This document shows positions 45,927 to 56,637 of a stretch of DNA of 64,000 nt, one piece after another. This DNA comes from a virus (Duplodnaviria > Caudoviricetes): the IMG/VR virus record IMGVR_UViG_3300042090_001530, positions 1 through 64,000 of that record; one strand, given 5' to 3'. Each line of letters begins with the position of its first letter. Positions within the stretch are counted from its first letter, which is position 1. The notes under the pieces were generated by a model, which made no database searches, had not been told where the DNA came from, and saw nothing but the letters and a program-made list of their open reading frames with translations. The position numbers were made by a program, and so were the translations under genes.

Positions 45927-45952
45927 GCCGCCCGGTTTCGTCGGGCGGCTTT
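45927..45952 (+). terminator. terminator after the tail tube gene
   Basis: GCCGCCCG-GTTTCGT-CGGGCGGC-TTT. Confidence 0.65.
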
Positions 45953-45981
45953 CCTGTTTGCCCATCACACCAAGGACCCTC

Positions 45982-46557
45982 ATGCCCTTCCTTTCCCGTT
46001 ACGCGGGCACGATCAAGCTGGACCTTTCGGATCTCGCCGATGACGGCGAGTACTGGGTGACGATCAAGAAGACGTTGACGGCGGACGAGACGGACCGGGC
46101 GGAGGACGCGCGCCTGTCGGCGACGAACGTGTCGAAGTCGGCGGGCCGCGCGGCGCGGGGCGCGGCGGCGCGGCGCCGGGCGGGCCGGTCGACCCCGGAG
46201 GACGACGAGACGGTCAAGACCCTGCTGAGCTTCAACACGGGCGCGTACAAGCAGAAGCTGCTCGAGGCCGCGGTCGTGGACTGGAATCTGACGGATGAGC
46301 ACGGCGTGATCCTGCCGTTGCGCCCGGCGCAGGCGAAGACGCGTTCGATCGCGAAGCTCCCGACGATCGCCCGCGACCGGATCTTCGAGGCGGTCGACGA
46401 GACGATGGCGCAGGAGGAGCCGGACGACGAGGACGGTGACGCCGACTTTCGAGATGACGTGCCGGCAGGCGGCGGCGAGCCGAACGACGGAGAACCCGCT
46501 GATTCAGGATCTGTGGGTGAGGGAGGTTTGGAAGGATCGCACTGGCCTGACGCTTGA
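45982..46557 (+). CDS. tail assembly chaperone (G)
   Basis: Between tail tube and tape measure; LLEAAVVDWNLTDEHG motif; AAGGA RBS. Confidence 0.75.
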   Translation: MPFLSRYAGTIKLDLSDLADDGEYWVTIKKTLTADETDRAEDARLSATNVSKSAGRAARGAAARRRAGRSTPEDDETVKTLLSFNTGAYKQKLLEAAVVDWNLTDEHGVILPLRPAQAKTRSIAKLPTIARDRIFEAVDETMAQEEPDDEDGDADFRDDVPAGGGEPNDGEPADSGSVGEGGLEGSHWPDA

Positions 46558-46744
46558 GCAGGTCACGGCGACGTACAGCACGATGCAGATCGCGCAGGCG
46601 TTGACGTATTGGCGCATCGAGGCCGAGGTGCGTGCGGCGGAGCGCGGGGAGTCGTCGGGTTCGGCGGAGGCGACGCAGGCGGGGTATGAGCGGGCGCGGG
46701 CGGCGAAGCTGCGGGCGCAGGGCGAGCCGGCCGGGGTGGCGTAG
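46448..46744 (+). CDS. tail assembly chaperone T part, probably reached by frameshift
   Basis: Overlapping +1 frame ORF ending just before the tape measure; candidate slip site GAC TTT CGA at 46444-46452. Confidence 0.55.
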   Translation, partial: FEMTCRQAAASRTTENPLIQDLWVREVWKDRTGLTLEQVTATYSTMQIAQALTYWRIEAEVRAAERGESSGSAEATQAGYERARAAKLRAQGEPAGVA

Positions 46745-46792
46745 GGCTGGGGTTCGGCGGGGCTGTGTCTGAGCGCGGACGGGCGGTGTCCC

Positions 46793-49700
46793 GTGGCGTC
46801 TTCAAGCTCCGAGATAACCGTGTTGCTGATGCTCGAGGCGATCGATAAGGCCTCCGGGATCCTCGAGGCCATCGGCGGCAAAATGGAGGCCCTCGGGGAC
46901 GCGGCGCAGGAGGCCGCGGACAAGGCGTCGCTGTCCGGCGACGAGCTCGAGTCGATGCAGGTGCGCGCGGAGGCGGCGGCGAACGCTGCGGCGGCCGCGC
47001 AGGACGCGCAGGCTGCGGCGCTGGATCGGCTCGCGGTTTCGACGCAGGCGGTAAAGGACGCGCAGTCGGCGCAGGTTGCCGCTGCCGCAGAGGCTGCGGA
47101 GGCGTCCGGGGGCTACGCGGACGAGGTCATCGCACAGTACGCCGCGATGTCTGAAGCCGCCGCTGCAGACGCTGCGGCCGCAGAAGCGTCTGGCGCGAAG
47201 ATCGAGGAACTGCAGGAGACGCTCACCAGGGTGAGCGGGGCTGCGGCCGAGTCAGTAGAGGCCGCACTGGATCGCGAGGCGGCCTCGTTCGTCGAACTGT
47301 CCGAGGTGGCGCGGGTCAGCGCGGACACGCTGGCAGAGGCGTTCTCGGACACGGACGCGAAAGCACTGGCGTCGGCGACGGCGCAGGCGACTGCTGCGCA
47401 GGAGGCGGCTGACGCGACGAAGGCCGCAGTGGCCGAGCAGGTCGCGGCGCTTGACGCGCTCAAGGACGCCGAGACGGACCTCGCAGCGCGCACGGCGCAG
47501 TCGGATGCGGCGCAGGACGCGGCGAACACGAGCCTCGACCTGTCGGGCGCTGCGATGAAGGGCGTTACGACAACCGCCCTGGTGACGGCGGCTGCGGTGG
47601 CCGGCATCGGCTACGAGTCGGTGAAGGCTGCGGCGAGTTTCCAGTCGGCGACGAGTGTGCTGGTCACCTCTGGCGGCGAGACGACGCAGAACATCGCGAT
47701 GGTGCGTCAGGGGATTCTGAACCTGGCCTCGTCTACGGGTACTGCGACATCGGAACTGACGTCCGGCATGTACATGATCGGCAGCGCCGGCTATACGGGC
47801 GCGGTCGGCTTGAACGTCCTGAAGTCGGCCGCCGAGGGCGCGAAGGCCGAGAACGCCGATCTCGGGACTGTCAGCAACGCCCTGACGACGGTCCTGACGG
47901 ACTACTACGGCAAGAGTCTCACGGCCGCGCAGGCGACGAAGGACTCGACCGCCGCGATGAACCAGATGATCGCGGTGGTGCAGAACGGCAAGACGACGAC
48001 GGAGGCCCTGTCGGGCGCGCTGTCGACCGTGCTGCCGATCGCGGCGCAGACGGGCCTGAGTTTCACCCAGGTCGGCGGCGCGATCGCGACGATGACTGGT
48101 GAGGGCATCAGCGCGCAGCAGGCTACCCAGGATCTTGCGAGCACCATCACGCACCTGCAGAACCCGTCGAACGTGATGGTCAACGAGATGGCCGCGATGG
48201 GCCTGAACGCGTCCAGCGTGTCGAAGAACCTGGGCAAGGAGGGCTTGACCGGCACGGTTGCGGAACTCACCGGCGCGATCACCTCGCACATGGGGCCGGC
48301 CGGAACCGTCCTGCAGTCCGCGTTCAACCAGTCTTCGGCTGCCGCGCAGGACGCTCAGGTCGAGTTCACCCACCTGGGCACGGCGGCGCAGGCCCTGGCC
48401 AAGCAGTACGAGAACGGTTCGATCGGGGAGAAGGCCTACCGCACGGACGCACAGGCGCTCGGCGGCACGCAGGGCGCGCTGGCCCTGCAGTTCGAGACCG
48501 CCTACAACAAGTCAAAGGGCTTCAACGACACACTGACCTCGGGTTCGCCTGCCGCGCAGACGTACATCCAGGCCCTGTCGAAAATGACCGGCACGTCCGA
48601 GGGCTTGAGCACGGTGCTCGCCCTGAGCGGCTCGCATTCGGCGGAGTTCGCCCAGAACGTGAAGGCCGTCGGGGCCGCGGCGACCACGGCCGGTTCGAAC
48701 GTCAACGGCTGGTCGACGATCCAGGGCAACATGAATCAGCGGCTTGATGAATTGAAGGAGACTGTCGAGGCCGCGTCGATCCAGCTCGGTACGGCTCTGC
48801 TGCCGATCGTGACCAAGATCCTTGATGTGGTCATGCACATCCTGACCCCGATCGCGACGTGGATCGAGCACAACAAGACCCTTGCGGCGATCATCCTGCT
48901 GGTGGTCGGCGGCCTGGCGATCCTGATCACGACGATGGTCGCGGTCGCCAAAATCGTCAAGGCCGTCGGTGAGGCGTGGACGACCCTCGGCCGTGCGCTC
49001 GGGCTCATCGGCGAGGAGACGACGACCGCAGCAGCCGAGACCGAAGCCGCCGGGGACACGATCGCGGCGGCGGGCGAGACCGCGGACGTGGCGTGGGGCC
49101 CGTGGCTGATCGCGATCGCGGCGATCGGGATTGCGGCGTACGAGATCGTCGAGCACTGGTCCACCGTCAAGCGCTGGCTCGCGGACTTCTGGGGCTGGGT
49201 CAAGCAGATCTTCGATGACGTGGTCGGGTTCGTGAAGGGCCACGTCAACGAGGTCGCCGGGGCCATGGCGGCACTACTGGGGCCCCTGGGGATCCTGCTC
49301 GCGGTCGCGCTGGAGATCGTGACGCACTGGAAGGCCGTCGAGAAGCTCCTCGCGGACGTGTGGGACTGGATCAAGGGCGCCGCGTCGGACGTCGCCGGGG
49401 CCGTGTCGAAGGCGTGGGGCGACGCGATCAAGCTGGTCGACGCCCTGTGGCGGCTGCAGATCGACGAACTCAAGGCGATCTGGGACGGCATCGAGACGGC
49501 GTGGGACGACACCGGCGGCAAGGCCATCACCGCGATCAAGCGTGCGTGGGACGAGGTCTCGGCGGCGTTCGATAAGGAATGGACCAAGATCTCCGGCGAC
49601 CTGTCGTCGATCTGGGGGTCGCTGGTCGAGATCTGGAACGCGACGGGTGGCGCCCTGATCTCGGCGATCATGGACGGGACGCGCGACGTCATCGATTTCG

Positions 49701-50941
49701 TGAGCGCGAACTGGTCGACGATCGTCGATATCGTCGAGGACGCGCTGCGGCCGCTGGTGGCGGCCGCGAAGGCGCTCTGGGACGCCACGGTCGAGGTTTT
49801 CACGGTCGCGTTCGGCGTGATCCGCGGGATCGCGCGGGCGCAGTGGGAGATCGTGTCGGCGATCTTCACGGCCACGTTCGACGTGATCAGGGGGGTCACG
49901 GAGGCCGCCTGGGATGCCATCTCCGGGGCCTTCAAGGCGGCGTGGGATGTGATCCGCGGCATCGTGCAGGTCGGCTGGGCTGTCGTCTCCGGGATGTTTA
50001 CCGCGTCATGGGACGTGATCGTCGGGTCCGTCAATGCCGGCTGGGACGTCGTGTCCGGAATCTTCAAGGCTTCGTGGGACGTGATCGTCGGGTTGGTGAG
50101 GGCGGCGTGGGACCTGATCACCACGGCCTTCAACGTGTCCCTCGATCTGCTGAAGGGGATCGTCGCCGGGTTCGCGGATCTGCTGACCGGCCAGTGGGGC
50201 AAGCTGTGGAACGACGTCAAGTCGACGTTCGACAGCGTGTGGAACGACATTTCGGGGTTTTTCAAGGAGATCCTCGGCGATATCGAGTCGACCGTGTCCG
50301 GCGCGGTCTCGCACATCTGGTCCGGGTTCATCGGCGCGATCCACAGCGCCCTGTCCGGCATCGAGGCCGCCCTCAAGGCCGTGTGGAACACGATCGTCAC
50401 CGCTTTCGACGATGCGAGTACCTGGCTGCTGGACGCGGGCGAGGCTATCATCGACGGCCTCGTCAAGGGCGTGGAGAACATGGCTGGGGCCGCGGTCGCG
50501 GCCGTGAAGAACGTGGGCTCGGACATCATCAAGGGCGCGAAAGACGTCTTGTCGATCTTCTCTCCGTCGCAGGAGTTCGCGGACATCGGCGGCATGACGA
50601 TCGCGGGTTTCGTGCAGGGCATCGAGGATGCGGCCCCGACGCTGCACGCGGCGATGGCGAAAGCGGCCTCGTCGATCACGGGGCCGTCGATCACGGCGAA
50701 CCTGACGGCGGACGCCAGGTCGAGCGGCTCAGCGATCGTGTCCGCCGCGGCGGCCGGGATCGGCGCCGCGGCGGGCGGCGGCGGGGGAGCCGGGTCGGGC
50801 GGCGTGACGGTGATCGTGCAGGGCGGGAACACGCTGATGACCGACTCGGACATCAACAAGTTCGCGCAGAAGATCGGCGGCGTGATCGCGAAGACGACGC
50901 TGAACCAGGGCGGAGTCAAGATCCAGCTGGCTGGCCGGTAG
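46793..50941 (+). CDS. tape measure protein (TP901-like core)
   Basis: 1382 aa, Ala-rich; VKAAASFQS...; C-terminal W-periodic amphipathic repeats; SIFSPS.EF. Confidence 0.9.
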   Translation: MASSSSEITVLLMLEAIDKASGILEAIGGKMEALGDAAQEAADKASLSGDELESMQVRAEAAANAAAAAQDAQAAALDRLAVSTQAVKDAQSAQVAAAAEAAEASGGYADEVIAQYAAMSEAAAADAAAAEASGAKIEELQETLTRVSGAAAESVEAALDREAASFVELSEVARVSADTLAEAFSDTDAKALASATAQATAAQEAADATKAAVAEQVAALDALKDAETDLAARTAQSDAAQDAANTSLDLSGAAMKGVTTTALVTAAAVAGIGYESVKAAASFQSATSVLVTSGGETTQNIAMVRQGILNLASSTGTATSELTSGMYMIGSAGYTGAVGLNVLKSAAEGAKAENADLGTVSNALTTVLTDYYGKSLTAAQATKDSTAAMNQMIAVVQNGKTTTEALSGALSTVLPIAAQTGLSFTQVGGAIATMTGEGISAQQATQDLASTITHLQNPSNVMVNEMAAMGLNASSVSKNLGKEGLTGTVAELTGAITSHMGPAGTVLQSAFNQSSAAAQDAQVEFTHLGTAAQALAKQYENGSIGEKAYRTDAQALGGTQGALALQFETAYNKSKGFNDTLTSGSPAAQTYIQALSKMTGTSEGLSTVLALSGSHSAEFAQNVKAVGAAATTAGSNVNGWSTIQGNMNQRLDELKETVEAASIQLGTALLPIVTKILDVVMHILTPIATWIEHNKTLAAIILLVVGGLAILITTMVAVAKIVKAVGEAWTTLGRALGLIGEETTTAAAETEAAGDTIAAAGETADVAWGPWLIAIAAIGIAAYEIVEHWSTVKRWLADFWGWVKQIFDDVVGFVKGHVNEVAGAMAALLGPLGILLAVALEIVTHWKAVEKLLADVWDWIKGAASDVAGAVSKAWGDAIKLVDALWRLQIDELKAIWDGIETAWDDTGGKAITAIKRAWDEVSAAFDKEWTKISGDLSSIWGSLVEIWNATGGALISAIMDGTRDVIDFVSANWSTIVDIVEDALRPLVAAAKALWDATVEVFTVAFGVIRGIARAQWEIVSAIFTATFDVIRGVTEAAWDAISGAFKAAWDVIRGIVQVGWAVVSGMFTASWDVIVGSVNAGWDVVSGIFKASWDVIVGLVRAAWDLITTAFNVSLDLLKGIVAGFADLLTGQWGKLWNDVKSTFDSVWNDISGFFKEILGDIESTVSGAVSHIWSGFIGAIHSALSGIEAALKAVWNTIVTAFDDASTWLLDAGEAIIDGLVKGVENMAGAAVAAVKNVGSDIIKGAKDVLSIFSPSQEFADIGGMTIAGFVQGIEDAAPTLHAAMAKAASSITGPSITANLTADARSSGSAIVSAAAAGIGAAAGGGGGAGSGGVTVIVQGGNTLMTDSDINKFAQKIGGVIAKTTLNQGGVKIQLAGR

Positions 50942-50965
50942 TTCCCTAAAGGAGGCGACCGAGCC

Positions 50966-52354
50966 TTGCCGATCACCCCGCACCTGTCTCTGATCGTCAC
51001 TCCGCCCGGCGGCGCCCCCACCGACTACACGTCGTACCTCGGGTACTCCGAGACCGTGCAGCAGATGACCGTGACTCAAAACTTCGGGCGCCAGGGCGAC
51101 ACGGCCGTGTTCCCGTTGGTCGAGGACTGGGGCGCGACCGGCACCCGGCACGTCGCGATCCTCGGGCAGTCCCAGGTGAGCCTCGTGGACGAGCATTCGG
51201 GGCAGAACCTGTTCGCGGGCGTCGTGAACGCCCCGACGCAGGTTGTGCGCTCCCCGACGTTCAACGAGTGGGACCTCGGGGCGACGGACTACACGGTCTA
51301 CGCGGACAACGCGATCGTGCAGGGGATTTTCTTCGGCTGGACCGTGGACCAGATCGTGATCTCCCTGGTGGCCCAGGCGAACTGCGGGATCACCGCGGCC
51401 TCCTCGGCCGACGGCGGGTATGTGCAGCCGGGGCCGCAGCTTGCCTCGTATGTTCTGAACTACAACCCCTTGTCGACGGCGTGGCGGCAGCTTGCCACAC
51501 TGGCCAGCAGCGTCACGCCCTACGGGTGGTTCGTCGACCAGAATCTCGAGCTCCACTTTTTCGACGCGTCCAGCGCCCAATCCTCCGGCGTCACGTTCAC
51601 GACGGTGCCGAGCACGTACGGGTCGCTCACCGAAGGCCATATCGCCCTGGACACGCAGAACGCGTACGAGCAGGACGGCACTGCTTTATCCAACAGGATC
51701 TTGGTGCAGGGCGCGAACCTGACGGTCAACGGCGGCTCCCCGGACACGACGCCCGCGACCGACACGTGGATGGCGGACGGCGCCCAGTCCGCATGGCCGC
51801 TGCGCTACACGGTCTCGGGCACCCCGACGCTATATGTGGGCGGCGTTGAGAAGACGGTCGTGGTCGCGCCGTCGGGTGCGACCGTGTCGGGCCCGTGGGT
51901 CGTAGAGCAGAACTCGGTGGGCGCATACTTCCTGGTGGCGCAGGTCGCACCCGCGTACGGCACGTCGATCCAGGCCTGGTATTCGTACCTGAAACCGGTG
52001 GTGGCGCAGCAGTCCGACTACACCTCGCAGGCCGAGTACGTAGGCCCGAACGGCGGCGTGTACTCCCAGTTCATTAGCGACTCGAGCCTGACGACGGTGC
52101 CGATGGCGCTGGCGCGCGCACAGCAGACGAGGGTCGAGTACGCGTTCGTGGTCGGCCGGGCTACGTGGGATACGACGGAGGACTGGCTGGGCTGGGTGCG
52201 GGCCGGTTGGACGTGCCAGGTTTTCAACCAGTTCGTGTTCGACAACCAGTCGCAAACGTGGGGCTTGAACGACCAGTTCATCGTCATCGCGAACACTGTG
52301 ACCTGGCAGGAAACCGGATTCAGAACGATGCAGATAACCGCCGTCCGAATCTAG
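50966..52354 (+). CDS. minor tail / baseplate hub protein
   Basis: Immediately after the tape measure; AAAGGAGG RBS. Confidence 0.7.
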   Translation: MPITPHLSLIVTPPGGAPTDYTSYLGYSETVQQMTVTQNFGRQGDTAVFPLVEDWGATGTRHVAILGQSQVSLVDEHSGQNLFAGVVNAPTQVVRSPTFNEWDLGATDYTVYADNAIVQGIFFGWTVDQIVISLVAQANCGITAASSADGGYVQPGPQLASYVLNYNPLSTAWRQLATLASSVTPYGWFVDQNLELHFFDASSAQSSGVTFTTVPSTYGSLTEGHIALDTQNAYEQDGTALSNRILVQGANLTVNGGSPDTTPATDTWMADGAQSAWPLRYTVSGTPTLYVGGVEKTVVVAPSGATVSGPWVVEQNSVGAYFLVAQVAPAYGTSIQAWYSYLKPVVAQQSDYTSQAEYVGPNGGVYSQFISDSSLTTVPMALARAQQTRVEYAFVVGRATWDTTEDWLGWVRAGWTCQVFNQFVFDNQSQTWGLNDQFIVIANTVTWQETGFRTMQITAVRI

Positions 52355-52357
52355 GGG

Positions 52358-52576
52358 GTGGTCGTGCCCGGGGTTTATAGGCCGTACACGTGGGTGGACA
52401 TCCTCGGGTCATTGAACGGCCAGAACTCGAACGCCGCCGACACTTCCACGTCCGGGGTCGGGGCGGTCGCGGAGGCGGACGAAACCCTCGTCGTGGTGGA
52501 CGCGGTCACCGCGATCGTCGCGGCCCCGGCCGGCTGGGATCAGCAGGCGTGGGGATCGCTCTCGGTCTGGAACTAA
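52358..52576 (+). CDS. small minor tail protein
   Basis: Tight spacing within the tail operon. Confidence 0.55.
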   Translation: MVVPGVYRPYTWVDILGSLNGQNSNAADTSTSGVGAVAEADETLVVVDAVTAIVAAPAGWDQQAWGSLSVWN

Positions 52577-52599
52577 AGCCACAGAGGGGGACTTCCTTC

Positions 52600-53229
52600 A
52601 TGGTTGCCGTCGCTTCAGCCCGTGAGTCGATCGCGCTGCGCGGACATCTCGCGTTGACCGTGGTCCAGGACGGCGACCTGAAGCCGGGAGACCTGCAGCG
52701 CTACGCGGACCTCACCGTCCGGGACGGCCTGACTCCGACACAGGCGCTCGAGCAGATCCTCGGGGTGCCGGATCCGGTGCGCGAGCACCGCGAGGGCGAC
52801 AACATCATGTGCACGGCAGGCTGGACAGTTCTGGCTGCGGCGATGGTGTGGTCGGGCGTACAGGACCAGGCGGCTAATCTCGGCCTGACGTCGGGCACGT
52901 TCCTCACGCCGCTGTACGGCGCGGTGGGCGACGGGTCGGGCACTCCGGTGAAGTCCGATGGGCAGCTTTTCGCGGAGCTCTCGCGGCAGACGGTGGGTGC
53001 GGGCGCGTCGAGCCCGGCGACCAGCAGCATTGCGGCCGAGTGCACGTGGCTTTTCTACTTTCCTTCGCCGCTGGTGAACTGGACGATCACGGAGGCCGGG
53101 CTGTTTGCGCTGGCGTCCTCGACGGTGAACTCGGGTTCGATGGTGGATCACTGGGCTTTTTCGCCGACCGTGGCCGTGTCGACCACGAACAGTCTGATCC
53201 TCGAGATCTCCCTGGCTCTCGGGCCCTGA
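52600..53229 (+). CDS. minor tail protein
   Basis: AVGDGSGTP..SD.QLFAELSR...TITEAGLF motif typical of tail-fibre base proteins. Confidence 0.7.
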   Translation: MVAVASARESIALRGHLALTVVQDGDLKPGDLQRYADLTVRDGLTPTQALEQILGVPDPVREHREGDNIMCTAGWTVLAAAMVWSGVQDQAANLGLTSGTFLTPLYGAVGDGSGTPVKSDGQLFAELSRQTVGAGASSPATSSIAAECTWLFYFPSPLVNWTITEAGLFALASSTVNSGSMVDHWAFSPTVAVSTTNSLILEISLALGP

Positions 53230-53230
53230 G

Positions 53231-53983
53231 GTGGCGACAGCACCGTGGCTCGCCGCGTCGGCCGGCTACAAGCCGCAGCCCGGCCAGATCAACCAGCTCT
53301 TGGCTGCTCACACCTCGTCCTGGATCTACACGGGCAACAGCGTGCAGGCGTCGGAGGAGATCGGCTCCGGCGTGTACGTCTCGACCGCGTCGCAGTACCT
53401 GGCGCAGAGTTTCGTCACCGGTGCGGCGCAGACCACGATCGGCGTCGTGTACCTGCAGATCTCGGCGGTGGGCGGCTCCGCCGTGAGCGCGACGATCAGC
53501 CCGCTGACGGTGGCGCTGTACGCGTCGATTGCGGGCCTGCCGACGGGTGCGCCGCTGGCGACGGGGACGCTCGCGGAGGTCTCGGTGTATCTGGGCGCGT
53601 TCTGGCTGCCGGTGCCGCTCGCGGCGAGCGGCCTGACGCCGTCGACCGTGTACCAGCTGGTGGTTTCGCCGGCCGGGTCGTCGGCCTCGTATTTCGCGTG
53701 GCAGCAGTCGAATCAGACCTCCGGCGCGTCCACGTCCCAGTCCGGGACGACGTGGACGGGGCAGGCGTACGGGTTCATGTACCAGATACATGACCTGACG
53801 GGCACGACGTGGCCGCCGGCGTTCCTGGTGGACGACGGCGGCGCGCGCACGACGGCGTTCACGTACAACGCGGCCGGGCAGCTGGCGACGATCACCGAGC
53901 AGGTCGTGTCGCAGTCCGGCGCGGTCCAGTACTCGCAGCGCGCGCTCACCTATTCCAACGGGCTTCTGGCGGGGGTGGCGTAG
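53231..53983 (+). CDS. minor tail protein (paralogue 1)
   Basis: QINQLL..H; YLAQSF; KQSNQTSGASTS-like motif; ends ALTYSNGLLAGVA. Confidence 0.7.
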   Translation: MATAPWLAASAGYKPQPGQINQLLAAHTSSWIYTGNSVQASEEIGSGVYVSTASQYLAQSFVTGAAQTTIGVVYLQISAVGGSAVSATISPLTVALYASIAGLPTGAPLATGTLAEVSVYLGAFWLPVPLAASGLTPSTVYQLVVSPAGSSASYFAWQQSNQTSGASTSQSGTTWTGQAYGFMYQIHDLTGTTWPPAFLVDDGGARTTAFTYNAAGQLATITEQVVSQSGAVQYSQRALTYSNGLLAGVA

Positions 53984-53985
53984 CG

Positions 53986-55899
53986 GTGCCTAACCTCGTG
54001 GGATGGGTGACTCCGTACGATTTCGGTGCGGCGGGCAACGGGACGACGAACGACACGGCCGCAGTCCAGGCGGCGATCACGTATGTGGAGGGCCAGGGTG
54101 GCGGGGTCGTCTACTTCCCGGAGGGCGACTTCCTGTGCACGCCGTCGGGAGGCAACCCGGCGCTGACGATCACTAGCAACGACGTGACGCTGATCGGGGC
54201 GAACTCGAATGTGTGCACCCTGACGAAGGGCGGCAATGGGATCCTGCTCGCGATGAGCGGGACGACGAACCCGGTGTCGGGCGCGACGCACGTGAAGTAC
54301 GGCAGTGTCCAGCACCTGGGGTTCGCCGGGGGCGGCTACACGGGCGCGCTGCTGCAGCTGTACTACAACGACAACACGTTGCTGCTCGACCTGTTCATGA
54401 ACAATAACGCCGACATCATGATCGACTGCGTTGAGTTCTGGGACTCCCGTTTCTACTACGTCGTGATGAACAACGGCGGCGGCGGCGCGGGCACGACCAC
54501 CCCGAACGTGTTCCTGCGCAACGCCTCGGCCGTCTCCGGCACCGGGGCGTCCACCGGGAACTGCAACAACATCTACTTCAACGGCTGCCGCTGGGAGTTC
54601 TTCTCCAACGGGGCGCTGTGGGTCGAGCAGGGCACGTACGGCACCGGCAACCCGCAGGAGATCTTCGTCACCGACTGCAAGATGGAGACGAGCAACCTCG
54701 CGGTCGGACCGCACCTGTACACCGACAGTTTCTGCCGCGGTATCTACGTCAACCATCTGTACTGTTTCTCGGGCGGGTTCGCGTCCGGCAGTTCCACCGC
54801 CTACGACGTGATCGACTGGAACGGGCAGGCTTCCACCCTTGAGAACGTTCTGATCATTAACGGCTCGGCGACGTCCGTTGCCAACGGCGTAACCGTGACG
54901 AGCCCCGTGGCCACCGAGAACGCGGTGCTGCGCAACGTCACGGGCATCTACAGCGCCGCCCCGAACGCGCACGTGAACTTCGGCACCGCGATCGGCGGCT
55001 TCGTGATCGACAACTGCAACAGCAACTCGGGGACGCAGTTCACCGGCACGACGCCGAACGGCTCGGTCGCCAACACGGTGCAGACGTTCACCTCGTCGGG
55101 GACGTGGACGAAGCCTCCGGGCGCCATCCTAGTGTCGGTCATCGCGATCGGCGGCGGCGGCGGCGGCGGGTCCGGCGCGGTGCAGGCGTCGGGCACTCTG
55201 GCGACGGGCGGCGCGGGCGGCGCGGGCGGCGGCTACTCGATGGCGACGTTCCCGGCGAGCATCCTCGGCTCGACGGAGACCGTGACCGTGGGCGCCGGCG
55301 GGTTGGGCGGTGCAGCGGTGGGCACGGCTGCGGCCGTCGGCAACGCCGGTGGCACCGGGCACAACAGCAGTTTCCGTTCGTCGGCGCTGCTGGTCGCATC
55401 GGGCGGGACGCAGGGCGCGGGCGGTACGGCGTCGGGCGCCGCGTCGGGCGGTTCGGCCGGGTCGGGGAGTTTCGCGGGCGGCGGCGGCGCGTCGTCGTCC
55501 TCGACCGGCGCTGTCGGCTCGACTGCCGCCACGGTCAGCCAGGGCGCGGCGGGCGGCGGCGGCGGCGGGGGCGTGGCGACGACGGCAGCCTCGGTCGCGG
55601 GCGGCGCGGGCGGCGCCGTGAACTCGTCCGGCGGCAACACGGCCGGCGCTGCGGGTGCGACGGCGGGCGGGACGGGCGGCGCGGGCTCCGGCACTACGGC
55701 GAACTATCCGGTGTCGGGCGCGGGCGGCGGCGGAGGCGGCTCCTCGATCACTGCGGTCGCGGGCGGGACGGGCGGCGCGGGCGGCATCTACGGCGGCGGC
55801 GGCGGGGGCGGCGGCGCGTCGCTGACCGGGCAGTCGTCCGGCGCGGGCGGCGCGGGCGCGGGCGGCATCGTCGTGGTCGTCACGACGGTCGCCACCTGA
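53986..55899 (+). CDS. pectate-lyase-3/beta-helix protein with glycine-rich C-terminus
   Basis: VTPYDFGAAGNGTTNDTAAVQAAI; QTFTSSGTWTKP followed by long Gly-rich repeats. Confidence 0.75.
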   Translation: MPNLVGWVTPYDFGAAGNGTTNDTAAVQAAITYVEGQGGGVVYFPEGDFLCTPSGGNPALTITSNDVTLIGANSNVCTLTKGGNGILLAMSGTTNPVSGATHVKYGSVQHLGFAGGGYTGALLQLYYNDNTLLLDLFMNNNADIMIDCVEFWDSRFYYVVMNNGGGGAGTTTPNVFLRNASAVSGTGASTGNCNNIYFNGCRWEFFSNGALWVEQGTYGTGNPQEIFVTDCKMETSNLAVGPHLYTDSFCRGIYVNHLYCFSGGFASGSSTAYDVIDWNGQASTLENVLIINGSATSVANGVTVTSPVATENAVLRNVTGIYSAAPNAHVNFGTAIGGFVIDNCNSNSGTQFTGTTPNGSVANTVQTFTSSGTWTKPPGAILVSVIAIGGGGGGGSGAVQASGTLATGGAGGAGGGYSMATFPASILGSTETVTVGAGGLGGAAVGTAAAVGNAGGTGHNSSFRSSALLVASGGTQGAGGTASGAASGGSAGSGSFAGGGGASSSSTGAVGSTAATVSQGAAGGGGGGGVATTAASVAGGAGGAVNSSGGNTAGAAGATAGGTGGAGSGTTANYPVSGAGGGGGGSSITAVAGGTGGAGGIYGGGGGGGGASLTGQSSGAGGAGAGGIVVVVTTVAT

Positions 55900-56621
55900 T
55901 GGCGACACCCGCGTGGATCGGCGCGACCCCGAGCTCGCCGCCGCTCGCCGCTCAGGTCAACCAGTTCCTGACCACGCATGCGATCACCTACCTGTACAGC
56001 GGGGCGTACGGCGGCGGCCAGACCACGTTGGGGTCCGGCGGCGTCAACTCGAACGGGCTGTACATCGCGCAGTCCTTCACGGCCGCCGCCACGTATTCGC
56101 TGGGCCGCGTCGTACTCGGGTTCAACACCGTGACGGGCACGCCGACGGCCCCGACCACGATCTCGATCCAGACCTCGACCGGGGGCGCGCCATCCGGGAC
56201 CGCCTTGATCAGCACGACGGTGCCGCCGCAGTTCCTCGCCAGCAACGTCTCCATACCGGTCCCGTGCGCACTGGCCTCGGGAACCGTGTATTGGATCGTG
56301 CTCGCGGCCGTGGGTGACGCTTCGAACTTCGCGACATGGCTCAAATCGAATCAGACGTCGGGCGCGAGCACCAGCACGAACGGCACGTCGTGGACGGCGC
56401 AGGCGTACGGGCTGTACTACGCCCTGTGGGATCAGTCGGCGTTTCTCCCGCTCGCGCACACATGGGAGGACGGCGGGGCGCGCTGGACGTCCGAGTTGTA
56501 TACGGGCGTGAACGAACTGTCGTCCCTCCAGGAATGCACGGTCGCACAGGGCAGCGGCCAGTACGTCTCAAGCTCGAGGGCGTTGACCTATTCCGGTTCG
56601 AATCTGATCTCGGTGGCTTGA
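55899..56621 (+). CDS. minor tail protein (paralogue 2)
   Basis: QVNQFLTTH, YIAQSF, KSNQTSGASTS; ends ALTYSGSNLISVA. Confidence 0.7.
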   Translation: MATPAWIGATPSSPPLAAQVNQFLTTHAITYLYSGAYGGGQTTLGSGGVNSNGLYIAQSFTAAATYSLGRVVLGFNTVTGTPTAPTTISIQTSTGGAPSGTALISTTVPPQFLASNVSIPVPCALASGTVYWIVLAAVGDASNFATWLKSNQTSGASTSTNGTSWTAQAYGLYYALWDQSAFLPLAHTWEDGGARWTSELYTGVNELSSLQECTVAQGSGQYVSSSRALTYSGSNLISVA

Positions 56622-56637
56622 CGACGGAGGTGCGCGG

